Source: Octopus sinensis (taxonomy: Eukaryota). Taken from it: 64,000 nt of DNA. The position numbers and the translations under genes were made by a program. The notes under the pieces were generated by a model. That model saw only the letters and a list, made by a program, of their open reading frames with translations, ran no database searches and was not told where the DNA came from. The DNA is taken from the NCBI RefSeq assembly GCF_006345805.1, contig NC_042999.1:134602001-134666000 (forward strand), read 5' to 3'. Shown piece after piece: positions 39,345 through 53,275 of this stretch. Numbering within the stretch: the stretch's first letter is position 1; each line of letters begins with the position of its first letter.

Positions 39345-41865
39345 TTGTCGGAGCTCCTCGAGTCTTGCATGCGTAGCGGGCTTACTACTTGCAGCCTACA
39401 GTACTATGCTATTTGTTCTTTTCAGCTATCTCATACTTTTCTGATTATCCTGGCCGTGCCAAAGAGGTAAACCTCTTGTAACAGTTCTGCTGGACACTCT
39501 ATTCCAATTTCCTTTATATTCTTCTTGATGTATTCTGATACTGTTCCCGTGGAACCAACAATAATTGGTACTATCTTCACCTTCTTCGTACTTCGGCTAT
39601 TTCGTACTTAAAAGGGTTGTATATATCTAAGTTTTCGTCTTCCTTCTTGACTATTCGTAGGTCAAAGGGGCATGCAAAGTCAGTTATATAGCATATGTGG
39701 TGCATCTTGTCCACCACTACTAGATGCGGTCTGTTATGCTCTAGCACCTGATCTGTTTGGATTTGTAAACCCAGAGGATTTTCCTAGTCTCCGACTCCGC
39801 CACTCTCTGTGGTTTCTTCTCATACCATGTCTTGCTTCTCACTATCCCCCACTTTTCACACAGTTTCCAATGTAGCACTTTCACTACCTGGTCGTGTCGT
39901 CACAACTTGTAGCGGTTTTGAGCAATTCTAGGGCATTCATTCGTGATATGGGCAATGGTTTCATCCTCTCTATTGCAGATGCGACACAGCGGAAACACCT
40001 GCTCATTCCTAAGGTTGACCCTCCAGTTCATGGCTAAAGCTTGGTTCTGTGCTGCCAGTATAGTGCTCTCGGTCCCTTTTTTTTTAGAGTTTCTTTTATC
40101 AGCCAATCCCACCTATGTTTTCCAGCAACTTCTGTTGTGGCTACATGGAATTGTGTAATCCGTTCCTGCGTAATTCTTCCTCGTACCCATTTTGTATTTC
40201 TTGCTTTGTTTTCCTTTTTTCTCTGCTCTCAATAATCCCTCGTTCCTACCTGTCACTAGCAAGGTTTCCTTACTGTAGGCGAGGTATCTCATTAAGCTCT
40301 CGAGTTCGATACGCACGCAGTCTTCCACACTTATCAGTTCCCTTCTTCCATTTGCTCTCTTCATGTGTAGGTGATCTGTGTCTGCACGTGGATGATCGGC
40401 TCCATGCATCGTTAGGAGCTTTCTTGACTTCCTGTCTATCTCCTTTAGCTCCTCTTCTGTCCACTTCCGGATTCCAGCACCATACCGAACTCCTGCCACT
40501 GCGTGTGAATTTATTGCCGAAATTATGTTTCTGGCATTCAGCTTTGAAGTCAATATTTTTCTCACTTGCCGCAGGTACTCTCTTTTTGTCTTTTCCCTCA
40601 CGTCGTGGTGCTTGATTCCATCTGCCTCAAGTATTCTCAGGTATTCATAACTGGATTGAGATTGAATTGCCTCCATCATTTCACCATTTGGCAGCTATAT
40701 GCCTTCTGTCCTGGCAAGCTTTTCTCGTCTCATCACCATCGTAGCACATTTTGAGAATCCAAACTCCATCTTAATATCATTGGAGAAAATCTACACAGAC
40801 TGGAGTAGGCTGTCCAGTTCTGCCTCAGTTTTTTGTGAATAGCTTCAGATCTTCCATGAATAGCAAGTGGTTTACTTTTCCCTTGCCTCTTCCCACATCA
40901 TACCTCCACTTTGTTTTCTGTAGTATTTCATTCAAGGGTATCATTCCCAGCACGAATATCATTGGGGCCACACTGCCCCACTGGGAGAATACTCTCTTGA
41001 TTTTCACCTCTCCTAGTACTTGCTTCCCTGCCGTCAATTCTGTTCTCCAGTTTTTCATGCTATTCCATATAAAGCTTCTCATATTCTCTGGTACTCCATA
41101 CATTTCCACTGTTCTTATTATCCAGGAGTGTATATCATATCGTATGCTTTGCGATAGTCAGCCCATGCTATGCTCAGGTTTGTATGTCTTCTCTTGCAGT
41201 TCCTGATAATTAGATTATCAATTAAGAGTTGATCCTTCATTCTCCGGTTCCTTTTTCGTCATCCTTTCTGTTCAATGGGTAGCAGCCCACTTTTTGCCAA
41301 GTATCTATAGAGTCCACCAGCCAAAACGCCTGACATTAGTTTCCACATTGGCGGGAGGCATGTTACTGGTCTAAAGTTGGATGCAACATTTCCCTTTTCA
41401 GGATACTTGGCACATAACAATGGTTTTCCCTTTGTCATCTAGCTGGATACTGTACCTTCCTGCAAGCTCTCATCTAGCTGCTGTGCTATCCTTTCATAGA
41501 GCCTGCTCAGCTTCTTTATCTAATAACCTTGGACCCTATCCGGTCCTGGGCACTTCCAATTTGTGAATTTTCTGAACTGCTTTTTTTTTGTCATCATTTC
41601 TGTAGTTATCTTTGTCTTCTTGGACTTCTATATTTCTTAACCTATCCTGGATTTTCTGCTGCCACTCCGCTTCATTATTATGCTCTACAGGCTGGTCCCA
41701 GATTCCTCTCCAGACTGCCTTGCTTTTCCCCTGCATCTGGTATCGTTGTTACGTGTATTTGCCCATCTAGTTTCTGAAACAGTTTCTTCTGATTTGCTTC
41801 AAACAATCTGTTTTGCCTGAATTGTCTTTTTCTATTATCATATCTATCCAGTTTTGCTTTGGTGA
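39345..41865 (-). mobile_element. R4/Dong-like LINE, decayed RT + zinc knuckle + RLE
   Basis: [83 protein letters not shown]; many stops and frameshifts; the 3' end abuts (AAC)/(AAT)n. Confidence 0.9.
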
Positions 41866-43869
41866 TGATAAGTTAAGTCGAGATAAATCATGCGCATCAC
41901 ACTAAATTAATAACGTGAACAAAGGGAAACAGCTATTGGGTCACCTCACCGCCTTCCGACACACCATGACAAACATGCACGCACGCTCACACACACACAC
42001 ATACGCACACATACTCACACACACACACACACACTCACACACAAAGACACACACAAACATTTTTAATCTTTTGCTGTATACAGTTGTAAATAAACAACAG
42101 CGACGAGGATTATGAAGAATATGTTGGTGCGGTGGTGGTAGCGGTAGTGGAAGAGGAGGAAGGCAAAGAGGAAGAGGAGAAAGGGCAATTTGATAGTGAA
42201 GGAAGGAGGAAGATGCTGATGATAAGAATGAGCAAGTGGAGAAGGATACCGATGATGACGACGACGATGTAATTTTTTTTCTAGTTGACGGTGAGCTGTT
42301 CATAAGAGTATTGTTGTTCAGTTCCTGCAGCTGTACCATGGTGCTTGTTATTGATGCTGTTGTTGTCGTTGTTGTAGTTGTCATCGTTCTTGTCGCTGCT
42401 GTTGTTAAGTTGTTACTGATTTTATTGTTGTTTACTGGTGTTGCTATTGCTGCTGCTGTTGTTGTTGTTATGACCCAGGTTGGATCTTTTCTGTTTGGTT
42501 GCCATCGGCTCCAAAAATTAAAGTTTACCGAAAATTTTAAAATTTGGCGCAATAATACACTTGTCCAAACTGAATTGCTGGAGTTATTTCATTTTTTTTT
42601 TCTAGAAAGTTTAAAAAAAGTTATAGACGTTTAAAGTTTGATCATTTTCACCCAGTCAGGAAAACAGGATTAGAAGCTGTCATTTTGTGCTTGACTGCAC
42701 ATTTTGTCATCAACACAGAACACAAAACACATCGTCAAATTTGCCAAAACATGCTTCCTCGCAGATAAAAGACTTTTCAAAGACTGCTCGGATTCGCTTA
42801 TTACTATAACAACAGGCACGTTGAGAGACAAAAAGAGTTCTCCTGTTCCGCTTCTTACTATCGAAACAGCCATGAATGTGTCTGTGGCTTACGATTGGCT
42901 AAAATTATCAAGATTATCAAAATTTAATTATTAATTGCTCTTTATTTATTGATTTATAGCGAAAATTACTTTCACGTCATTTATTAGCCTATAAAAGCGT
43001 ATCATTACACTGAATATGAAATCAATTCGAACAGAAAATTGCCACTGACAACCACACAGAAAATATCCCCCAGGTTATCTTACATTGAGTTAATCTACAA
43101 TCAAACACGTCCCAACCATGAGCATCCCGTCTTATATTCAGACATAGCATATCTAGTATTACTTTATCCAAAAACCCATTCACATTTTCAAGACTGTGGG
43201 TGATACACGCGGAAGATTTGGCTGTTGTTTTTAACGGGCCGAGAGATCACGTAGATGTTTCCTCGTTACTTCGCTATTGCTGACGTTGTCCTCATTGTTA
43301 TTGCTGTTGTTACTGCTGCTGCGGCTGTTGTTGCTATATAGTTGATGTGGTTATTGTTGTTGATGGTGGCGGCACTGCTGCTGTTGCTACTGCTGCTGCT
43401 GCTGCTGCTGCTGCTGTTGTTGCTGTTGCTGTTGTTGTTGCGGTTGTTGTTGTTGCTGCTGTTGCTGTTGTTGTTGCAGCAGCAGGCGTTTTAAAGTACA
43501 AACCGAATATATTTTCCTGTAACCTGATGTCGCTAATATGCAGAGATCAGCTTCGATTAACATAAATATTCCGGGACGGATCATCGGTGATCCGGAGGAT
43601 AGCAGTAGCAGCAGCAGCAGCAGCAGCAACAAACAGTAGCAGCGACTGCGAGCGATAACTTACTTGGCTGCTGCAAAAGAAGCAGCAAAGAGGATATATA
43701 TATTAATAGCGAGAGATAATAGAGGAGGAAAAAGTAGTGAACGGAGAAGTACGAGACGATAGAGGTGACGTAGATGTGGGATGAAAAGATAAGGAACAAG
43801 CGAGAGAGTTTTGCGAAAGGAATGCAGAAGAAAGCACGAACATGATCATAATTCCTAGCTATATTTTTA

Positions 43870-43870
43870 A

Positions 43871-43965
<95 letters not shown>

Positions 43966-44346
43966 TTTTCTATCTATCTATCTATCTATTTTTCTATCTA
44001 TCTATCTATCTATTCTGTCATATCATCTCTGTCGTTATGTTCTAAATACATACATACATATTCATACAGATGGATATACATGCGTATATATATATATATA
44101 AGCAAAACATTCAAATACTGAGATACGTATACACACACACACACATATATATATATAATATATATATATATATAATATATATATATATATGTATGTATGT
44201 ATGTATATGTATACATATATATTTATACATACATACATATATGTATATATATATATACATATATATACGTTCATACGTCCATACATACATATATACATAC
44301 ATATGTATATACATATGTTCATACGTACGTACATACATACATACAT

Positions 44347-44426
<80 letters not shown>

Positions 44427-44625
44427 GTATATATATATACGTTCATACGTCCATACATACATATATACATACATGTATATATACATATGTTCATACGTAC
44501 GTACATTCATACATACATACATTCATACATACATACATACATACATACATACATACATACATACATACATACATACATACATACATGCATACGTACATAC
44601 ATACATACATACGTACGTACATACC
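43870..44625. repeat. (TCTA)n, (TA)n and (TACA)n field with internal duplication
   Basis: Direct reading; tacgttcatacgtccatacatac occurs near 44266 and 44438. Confidence 0.9.
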
Positions 44626-44736
44626 CACATATTTACATACAAATGTGTTAAATAGGCTCTTTCAGACGAATCAAGATACACCATATGGTCATCTACGGGT
44701 CTACTGAAGTTCCTACTCGCTTTCTCTTTCATTCAC

Positions 44737-44767
<31 letters not shown>

Positions 44768-44839
44768 TTCTTGCTTTCTTTCTTTTTTTCGTTCTCTGTC
44801 TGTCTATCTCTCCCCCCTCTCTCTCTCTCTATCTATCTA

Positions 44840-44877
<38 letters not shown>

Positions 44878-44879
44878 AT

Positions 44880-45145
44880 CTTTTATCTTTTACTTGTTTC
44901 AATCATTAGACTGTGGCCATGCTGGGGCAAATCTTACTTCTTTTAAGGCCGGTACTTATTTCATCGGAATTTTAATTTTGGCGGCATTTTGTCCGTTTTT
45001 TTACGTTCTGAGTTCAAATTCTGTTGACGTCGACTTTGCTTTCGTTCTTCCGGGGACCATCAAATAAGGACCAATTGAGCAATGAGACCGATGTAATCAA
45101 CTTATCTCCTTCCCCGAAATTGCTGGCCTTGTGCCAGATTAGCAA
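44880..45145. mobile_element. SINE B tail (-) abutting SINE A body (+)
   Basis: tacttgtttcaatcattagactgtggccatgctgggg, then ttacgttctgagttcaaatt..gactttgc..tgctggccttgtgcca. Confidence 0.75.
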
Positions 45146-45169
45146 ATCAGTATATACAACACGTTAAGT

Positions 45170-45430
45170 TACACTCGCGATCATGAGATCGTAGTCTGGC
45201 TTCCCAGAAAGACAATGCATTGTGTTTTTAAACAAAACACTTCGTTTTACGTTACTTCAGTCCACTTTGCTGTAAATGAACAACACTGCGAAGGTCTAAC
45301 CATCCGATAAAGGGGAATATTGGCCTGCTCGCCTAGCCAGCCAGGTGGCATTATTCAAATTTTAAAGCGATACAAAGCGTATTGTAATCAGCAAGGTATA
45401 ACACCATCCGATAGCTCGGTCGATCACGTG
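45170..45430 (+). mobile_element. Degenerate SINE family C-like copy
   Basis: caatgcattgtgtttttaaacaaaacacttcgttttacgttacttcagtccact aligns with 27641-27695. Confidence 0.65.
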
Positions 45431-45835
45431 ATATATAAAAGTACGTCACAAGTGATTATGACGTAACAATATTTGTAGATTACATTCGTATTTTTTGCAC
45501 ATAATGTTTCAAATACGTTGTAAATGCAAACTTTTGCATAAACTGAACTTGCTGTCCCTTGCAAACTTCAGAAAATGTGTATCTATGTATAAATAAATAT
45601 TTATGTTACCATTAAAGTATATAATTCAGTTATTTCATGGAATAACTAGGTATTCCATGAATTACTTGGCTTTATCAGTAGAAGTGTAAAAATTATTACA
45701 TTCTATAATTTAACTGGTTATTTTATAGAATAACGATTGCCCTATCGTTAAATTTTTAAAGAACGTCCTTTGAACCGGTTATACTGTATTTCCTAGCCCT
45801 CTTAATCTGTTGGTAGCCGTCAGGTTGAGTACTCT

Positions 45836-46230
45836 CTCTCTTTTACTTCTTTCAGTCATTTGACTGCGGACATGCTGGAGCACCGCCTTTAGTCGAGCAA
45901 ATCGACCCTAGGACTTATTCTTTGTAACCCTAGTACTTATTCTATCGGTCTCTTTTGCCGAACCACTAAGTTACGGGGACATGAACACACCAGCATCGGT
46001 TGTCAAATGATGTTGGGAGGACAAACACAGACACACAAACACACACATATATATATACATATACACGACAGGCTTCTTTCAGTTACCGTCTACCAAATCC
46101 ACTCACAAGGCTTTGGTCGACCCGAGGCTATAGTAGAAGACACTTGCCCAAAGTGCCACACAGTGGGACTGAACCCGGAACCATGTGGTTGGTAAGCAAG
46201 GTACTTACCACACAACCACTCCTGCGCCTA
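45836..46230 (-). mobile_element. SINE family B nested in the Ginger-type element
   Basis: Full reverse-complement copy from cagtcatttgactgcgg to accacacaaccactcctgcgcc. Confidence 0.9.
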
Positions 46231-46292
46231 TACGTGTCTTTTTTTTTTTGTTAATTTGAACCTGTATATATTTACACATTTTATTTAAAAAG

Positions 46293-48013
46293 ATGAGTCT
46301 GGAAGAGGTGAAAGATGAACAGATAAATAGAAAAGACGTAATGCAAGAGCGATTTAAATCTTTGTTAAATAAGCATGAGACAAAAGAAAACAAAAGAAAA
46401 TCGTGCTAATGCCTACTCGTAAAAAGTTTTAAAGTTTGATAGCAAAAGTAAGGAATGCTAAAATAGCATACAAAAAAGTACCACGTGACTAATGGTTAAT
46501 TAAGTGTTATGATGTTCTTGAAGTTCAAGGAGTAGAAAAATTAATTGTGCCGGTGACAGATTAAAACCTGACGTCGTCTTTTATTGTTCAAGCGATGCAC
46601 CGTTCGATATTTTATACGAAATGCTTATATCTATTGGACATGGTGGTAGAGACTATATGATGAAAGAACTCAATCGTCGACATAAAAACATTACTCAGAA
46701 TGAAATAAAGTTAATTTTAAGTGTTTGTGAACCTTGACAACAAAAAAGAAATAAGAGAAAGAAAGGGATTGTGGTTATGCCCATGATCTTTTCGCATCTC
46801 AATTCGAGATATCAAGTAGATTTTTCAGTCTCGACCTGATGGAAACTAAATTTATTTTAGTTTACCGAGACCTCTTAACGACATTTGAAGTTTTAAGACC
46901 TCCTCAAACAAAGAGGGCAGAAGAAGTCACCACGCAGCTGCTCGATATATTTTTATTGCTTGGTGTTTCATGTATTCTGCAGTCCGACAACGGCAGAGAA
47001 TTCTGTAATAAACTTATAGACGACTTGAAAATAACTTGGCCAGAGCTTAAAATCGTACATAGTAAACCAAGGCATAGTCAGAGTCAAGGTAGCGTTGAGA
47101 GGGCCAACCAAGACATCGAAAATATGTTAACAATTTGGATGCAAGACAACCAGTCTACTTCATGCACTCATAGGATTAAATTCATTCAATTCATCAAAAA
47201 CAGATCGCTTCGTTCTGATTTAAAGAGAACGCCTTCCGAGGCTGTTTGGCTGTGCTCCTAGAGTTGAACTGTCCACAACTCTTATTCCAGGCAAAGTGTT
47301 TGAATCAGTGGAGGATGAACAACAATTTGAAAATGCCTTAACTGCTATTACTATATCCTCCGAACATGATGAAGCTGTTTCCGTCCAAGAAACATCGAAT
47401 CAAACTGGGAAAGTGTCTTGTGTGATCAAAAAATTGCAAGGACAACCTATTTTACTGAAAATGTGAGCAGCCTATCAATGTATCATGCTCAGGAGTCTGG
47501 TATTCAGAAGACAAAATTGTTCAGAAGATCTGTAGGTTGTGTTTAAATGAAATAAATATGGAGAAAGAAAGACAAGCAGCTAAAGAATATCTAGAAACTC
47601 AGGCTGAGAAAATGAAATTAATGTCTGACAAATCTTATTCTGAGGTATCTGTACGTATTCTTGTACGTGAAGTTGACAGAGGAAGAGGAGACACTAGATC
47701 TATTTTAGCTGTCATCATGGAAAAAAAAAAACAGCTATGGATTTTTCCGGTTGGGAACAAGGAATGGCCGAATCAAACAGCTATACTCTCGGTCTCAGTT
47801 CAGTGTGTATTAGCAAGAATTAATATCTATTGAAGAAGTTCCGAATATTGAGACATTACTTCGGTCTGTTGCTACAGCTCAACGTACCGGCACTGGACAA
47901 GGATTCCAAAAGTGTTCGTGCAAAGCACAGTGTGATGCTAAAAAGTGTGCCTGCTTCAAAAATATAATGCTATGTAATTCTAAGTTCCAACACAGCAATC
48001 TTTTTTCTAATAG
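46293..48013 (+). pseudogene. Retroviral-like (rve) DDE integrase pseudogene
   Basis: IGHGGRD..MKEL, ILQSDNGREF, KPRHSQSQGSVERANQDIE, EVDRGRGD and a Cys-rich C-terminus GQGFQKCSCKAQCDAKKCACFK; multiple frameshifts. Confidence 0.88.
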
Positions 48014-48350
48014 ATAATTAAAAAATAAAATAAATGTTTTGGATAAAGTTTTTGTAACATCTTCTATTTAAAATAAAAGAGTTTCTTACAAGTATCCATT
48101 TTATAACAAGCAGGTATTTTTTTCTAATTAAAACTAAAATGAAGGTTTTGCATAAAGTTTTTGTAATATTTTTTATTGAAAAAAAAAGGCATTTTCTAAA
48201 GACTTTAACTACTTATCATCGGTTATTAAAAAAAACAACTAGTTCGTCTATAAAATAACTAGTTAAATTGTAGAATGTAATAATTTTATACACTTCAACC
48301 AGGTAATTCATGAAATATCTGAATTATATACTTTAACGGTAACATATATA

Positions 48351-48887
48351 CAGGGGTTGGACAAAATAATGGAAACACCTTAAAATTTCAAACAAATTTA
48401 TTTTAATATGGGATAGGACCGCCTTTGGCAGTAATTACAGTTTGAATTCTATTAGGTATGGACTCGAACAAAGTTTGAATTGTTTCCAAAGGAATTTTTG
48501 TCCATTCTTCAGCTAAAACAGTCTTCATTTCGTGTAGTGAAGATAGTGGAGGATATCAACTCCTTACTTGTTTTTCTAAAATGCACCATAAATGTTCAAT
48601 AATATTGAGATTTTGCGACTGTGGTGGCTAGATAAGATGTTCAGCTTCACTAGAATGTTCCTCGTGCCATTCAGTAACAACTTTAGCTGTGTGAATTGGT
48701 GCATTATCATCCTGAAAGGTTGCGTTTCCCTCCGGAAACAGTTCCGCAACCAGAGGATGAATTTAATCATATAAAATGCTTAAATAGTATTGACTATTAA
48801 TTCTGCCATAAAGGGAAACCATTGGGCCGGCGGATTTCCAAGATATAGTACCCCCAGATCATCACAGATCCTCCTCCATGTTTAACA
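48351..48887 (-). mobile_element. Tc1 transposon 3' half (DD34E-type transposase relic)
   Basis: TA plus TIR caggggttggacaaaataatggaaacacc. Minus translation KHGGGSVMIWG, FQDDNAPIHTAK, PPQSQNLNIIEHLW, AKGGPIPY. Confidence 0.92.
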
Positions 48888-50968
48888 GTTAGTTAGTTAG
48901 TTAGTTAGTTAATTTGGCTCAAAAGCAAATAGCAAGGCCATGTAGGGGGACATGGAGTTAAGTACAGGGTGGTGTTCATGTAAAGTTTCAGGCCACTTGA
49001 GGTCAAGGGAGGCTTTGAACAAAGCGGTCGTCGGCATCTTCACACATCTCGTCTGGCAGCTTGTTCCACGGATCCGCAACCCGGACGGAGAAAGCTCTCT
49101 CTCCTTCGATTGAGATGAAATCGTCGCAGGTAGAGCTTTTCGGAATGACCCCGCAGCCGACGCTCTGGAGCAGGAGTGAAGAACAGCTCTTCGAGAGGTT
49201 ACACTTTCCGCTTATGATGTTGTGGGCGAGAATGAGATCACCACGGCGGCGGCGTTTTCTAGAGAATAAAGGTCGAGCGTCCTCAGCCTTTCTTCGTAGG
49301 ACAAATTTTTGAGACCATGAACCATGCGGGTAGCCAGCTCTGGACTCTTTCGAGATGCTGTATGTCTTTGAGGAGATAAGGAGAAGAGGCTTGAATCCCA
49401 TACTCCAATATGGGTCTCACCAGCGTGACATAGAGTGGTAGGAATATGGCTGCTGTGAGCATTCCGAATGACCGTCGAATCCAGAACAGAATTCCGCGTG
49501 CTTGTTGGCAGCATGGACAAACTGGGCCGAAGGCGAAAAGGAGGAATCCACCAAGATACCTAGGTCCTTTACCTGATCGGTCCTCTCCAACAGCAGACGA
49601 CTCGGCTCGAATCAAGTTGAGTTGTTTTTTTAGAGCCGAAGGGCAGATGACAGCACTTTGACACGTTCAGACACAGGTCCCAATTGTTAGACCACTTCCA
49701 AATTTGGTGGAGGCATCGACGAAGATCCTCTATATTACCGCGAGGAGCGACCAGTTTGATATCGTCGGCAATAGAAGGGTGTGTTGCGTGAGGTCGTCGG
49801 GCAAGTCATTATGAAGACTAAGAACAACAAGGGCCCAAGCACTGAACCTTGAAGCACGCCACTGCTCGCACTGGAGACGTCGGACCGCGAACCATTAACT
49901 TGGACTTGGAAGGAGCGATCTGAGAGGAAGGCACCAACCTCGTACAATATCCGGATGGAAACTATATGCTTGAAGCTTGACAAGCAATAGGCGGTGGTTT
50001 ACCGAGTCGAAAGCTTTGGCAAAGTCCAGTAAAACGATGTCAACAGCATCACTATCATCGAGGATGCGCGTCACCAATTCTTCCATTACTAGTAGGTTGG
50101 TCAAGCATGATCTCTTCGGCACGAAGCCGTGTTGGGAATCAGAGATAGAGGCTGTGTTTAGGAGGTGGAGCATCATACTTTTCTTAAGGATGGTTTCGAA
50201 CATCTTGCTGATAATGATGTAAGGGAAACCGGTCGGTAGTTAAGCGAGTCTTCGCGGCTCCCTTTCTTGAAAATTGGGCAGATTATCGCTGTTCTCCAGT
50301 CTGCAGGTATAACACCCGTCGCAATGACATATTGAATAGTCGTGTTAAGGGCTCGCAGATGACCGGAGCCAACGCTTTGATAACCCGTGGGTGTATGCCG
50401 TCAGGGCCGTGACCTTTGTTGACATCGAGGCCTTGAATAACACGTTTGACTTCGTCCCGCGTGATGACCAATCGAAGCATTGGAGGTACCGATCTATCAA
50501 ATGGAGGGGGCTCACGACCATCATCTGTTTGAAAATAGTTGAAAAAGCCTCGGCAAATAATTGACTCTGTTGATAAGGGTCCTCAATCGATACGCCTGTT
50601 GAGTCTACCAACGTTGCAATCTGGTTGTTCAAGCGGGAATTCCGCTGGACATGGGCAAAGAAGGTTTTTGGATTGCTACTGGCATTTGCCGCGATTTTGT
50701 TGGAACAGTTGGAAGAAGGCAGTCTGGGTCAAATGCTTCTTTTGGCTGTCTCCACACGTATACTCGGCCGGTGGTCGGAAATAAGGTAAAGGACGACTCG
50801 CCCGAGAAAATAACATTCTTCCACTGCTCTAAGGACCAATTCTGTAAGTTTTTACTCCACTCTAAACACTTTGCAACGTTTGTTTTTGAAAGTAGTAGTT
50901 TTCTGATTGCAGCCTTCCCGTGAATTCCGGCTTTGTGCAGCTCCTAGAGAACAATTTTTGTGAAGACT

Positions 50969-50970
<2 letters not shown>
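48888..50970 (-). mobile_element. CR1-clade LINE (RT region to 3' end) with (TAAC)n tail
   Basis: KGHGPDGIHPRVIK, QHGFVPKRSCLTNLL, LDFAKAFDSVNH, SGVLQGSVLGPLLFL, LYVTLVRPILEYG, RRRRGDLI, FSVRVADPWNKLP; tail (gtta)n at 48888-48910. Confidence 0.93.
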
Positions 50971-51013
<43 letters not shown>

Positions 51014-51018
51014 GCACG

Positions 51019-51093
<75 letters not shown>

Positions 51094-51451
51094 CTTTAAT
51101 TCCAAGAGAGTTAGAGGTTGTGAATCCAACAAACTAAGGGATAATATCTATCCAATATACTGCTGGTAGAATACCCATTTATTAATACACAAGAGTTTTT
51201 TTTTCTTTTGATAGCTTTATTAATACACAAGTGTTATTTCTCTTTTAATAACTTTTTTCTTCCTCTGTTTCTACTTTAATAACAATAATATAATACACGT
51301 AATAATAATAATAATTGATTCCTTTGCACATACATATACATATAAATATATATGTGTGTTTATGTATATTTATGTATATATATGTATATATAAAGGTGTG
51401 TATATATGTATGTATTTATATTTATAACTTAACCTTATGAACTTTCTAAAC

Positions 51452-51573
51452 TCTCTGACGAAGCCTAGAGACACACCCAAATGCCTTAATCTTATCTACC
51501 AAATACTTCAGTTCACTGAAGGGATGGAAGTAGAATGGGGTACTATGGCCTCTTGGCTGAAACAGCTGTTAGA
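51452..51573 (+). ncRNA. Type I hammerhead motif with ~80-nt stem II insertion
   Basis: CTGACGA 51455-51461; stem II agcctagag / ctcttggct (8 of 9 pairs); GAAAC-AGCT-GTT 51559-51570; stem I tct/aga only. Confidence 0.7.
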
Positions 51574-52684
51574 TACTATCCTACTTTCTATGCTCTATGT
51601 TATATATTTTAATAATTACTGGTATTTTATATATTATATATGTAAAGCATAACATGTAATACATGCCTGTATATTGTTATCATTGTTTGTTTTTTAATAA
51701 ATAAATAGACATAATATGTCTAAAAGTTGATGAATACCACCTCTTGATCCCCTCCATTTTCTTACTGCTGTATATATATATATAATTGTTAACAAGGAAA
51801 ATAGAGAGAGCTATTTTACTGATCTTTACGGATTTTCAAATATATTATCAGTAAAACTACGAATCGGTTTGGTTTTCATCACTGTTTACAATTGCTTTCA
51901 AATTTGGTATATGGATTAAGTTTTGTATACTAATTATGAAAATGAAATTCATTTTTCTTATAAATCCATAATTAAAAAGTTATTAGCCTTTAAAATATGC
52001 AAAATTTGGATATTTTAGCCAATCGGAAGCGACTATTTTTCACATCACCGTGACGAAAAACTCTGTTTCCATAGTAACCAAAGATGCTGCGCATGCGCGC
52101 AAAGAAAAGGAGATACAAGAAAGATAATCTTCTACTATGATAAAACTTGTGTTTTTCTCCGTCACAACATATGAATGAGAAAGGAAGGGGTGATGGCAAA
52201 CTGGTAGTGGAATCGTTTCAACTCTGTGTGAAGATACGGGGTTAGCTAATTTATTTTGTAAAATCCTAAAGTGTACCGCAAACTTTCGCTCTTGAATTTT
52301 TTAAACTAATAATAAATGCCTGTTTTAAACAATGTTTTGACTGTTATTTCTAGCAGCTCCTGTTGGTTTGTTTGTTCGTAGCTTTTAAATATTTAATTTG
52401 CCCGCGAATGTTTTAATATTAACTTCATTAGTGTATATTTTAAAGCTTTGACTGTTACTTCTGGCAATATTTTGACCCCCCCCCCCGATGATGGAAGAGG
52501 TAGCGAATGCGCTGTTTTCTGATTGGCTGAAAATTCTGAAAATTTTCAAACTTTGAACACCTTAACACTTTTGAAAAAATTTTTCTGGAATACATGAATA
52601 ACAAATTCGTATTCAGCGTTATAAATTACATCTGTATGATATATTAAAAATTTTGAAAATGTAATTGTATACAGATAATTGTAC

Positions 52685-53027
52685 AGGCGTAGGAGTGGCT
52701 GAGTGGTATGTAGCTTGCTTACGAACCACATGGTCCCGGGTTCAGTCCCACTGCGTGGCACCTTGTGCAGGTGTCTTCTACTATAGCCTCGGGCCGACCA
52801 AAGCTTTGTGAGTGGATTTGGTAGACGGAAACTGAAAGAAGCCCTCGTATATATATATATATATATAAAAGTTTATAAAAGTTTTTAATTTTCATCTCAC
52901 TAAATTTATCCAGCTATTGTGTATCTAGTGCACTCTTCGCCTTGAATGTAATGATATATGTATAATATATGGCGTGTACTGGTACACCGGCGATTATAAT
53001 TAATTTTATTGTATCGCATTTATCTTT

Positions 53028-53066
<39 letters not shown>

Positions 53067-53275
53067 GTGTGTGTGTGTGTGTGGTGTGTGTGTGTGTGTG
53101 TATGCTTGTGTCTGTGTTTGTCCCCACCAACATCGCTTGACAACTGAGCAAAAGAGACCGATAGAATAAGTACTAGGGTTACAAAGAATAAGTCCTGGGG
53201 TCGATTTGCTCGACTAAAGGCGGTGCTCCAGCATGGCCACAGTCAAATGACTGAAAGAAGTAAAAGAGTAAAAAG
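52685..53275 (+). mobile_element. SINE family B interrupted by a ~165-bp insert in its (TA)n tract
   Basis: Head ggcgtaggagtggctgagtggt at 52686, tail at 53219-53275, unrelated sequence at about 52867-53030. Confidence 0.88.

Larger units (their letters stand above)
45604..48344 (+). mobile_element. Ginger-type DNA transposon (KRBA2/SCAND3-like integrase) with both TIRs
   Basis: Ends tgttaccattaaagtatataattcag / ctgaattatatactttaacggtaaca, with inverted similarity extending over 100 bp; TGT..ACA termini; internal integrase pseudogene. Confidence 0.85.

Noticed and set aside
46839-47261. Functional KRBA2/SCAND3-like host gene
   Set aside because: Frameshifts and stops on both sides and enclosure by TIRs indicate a dead transposon.
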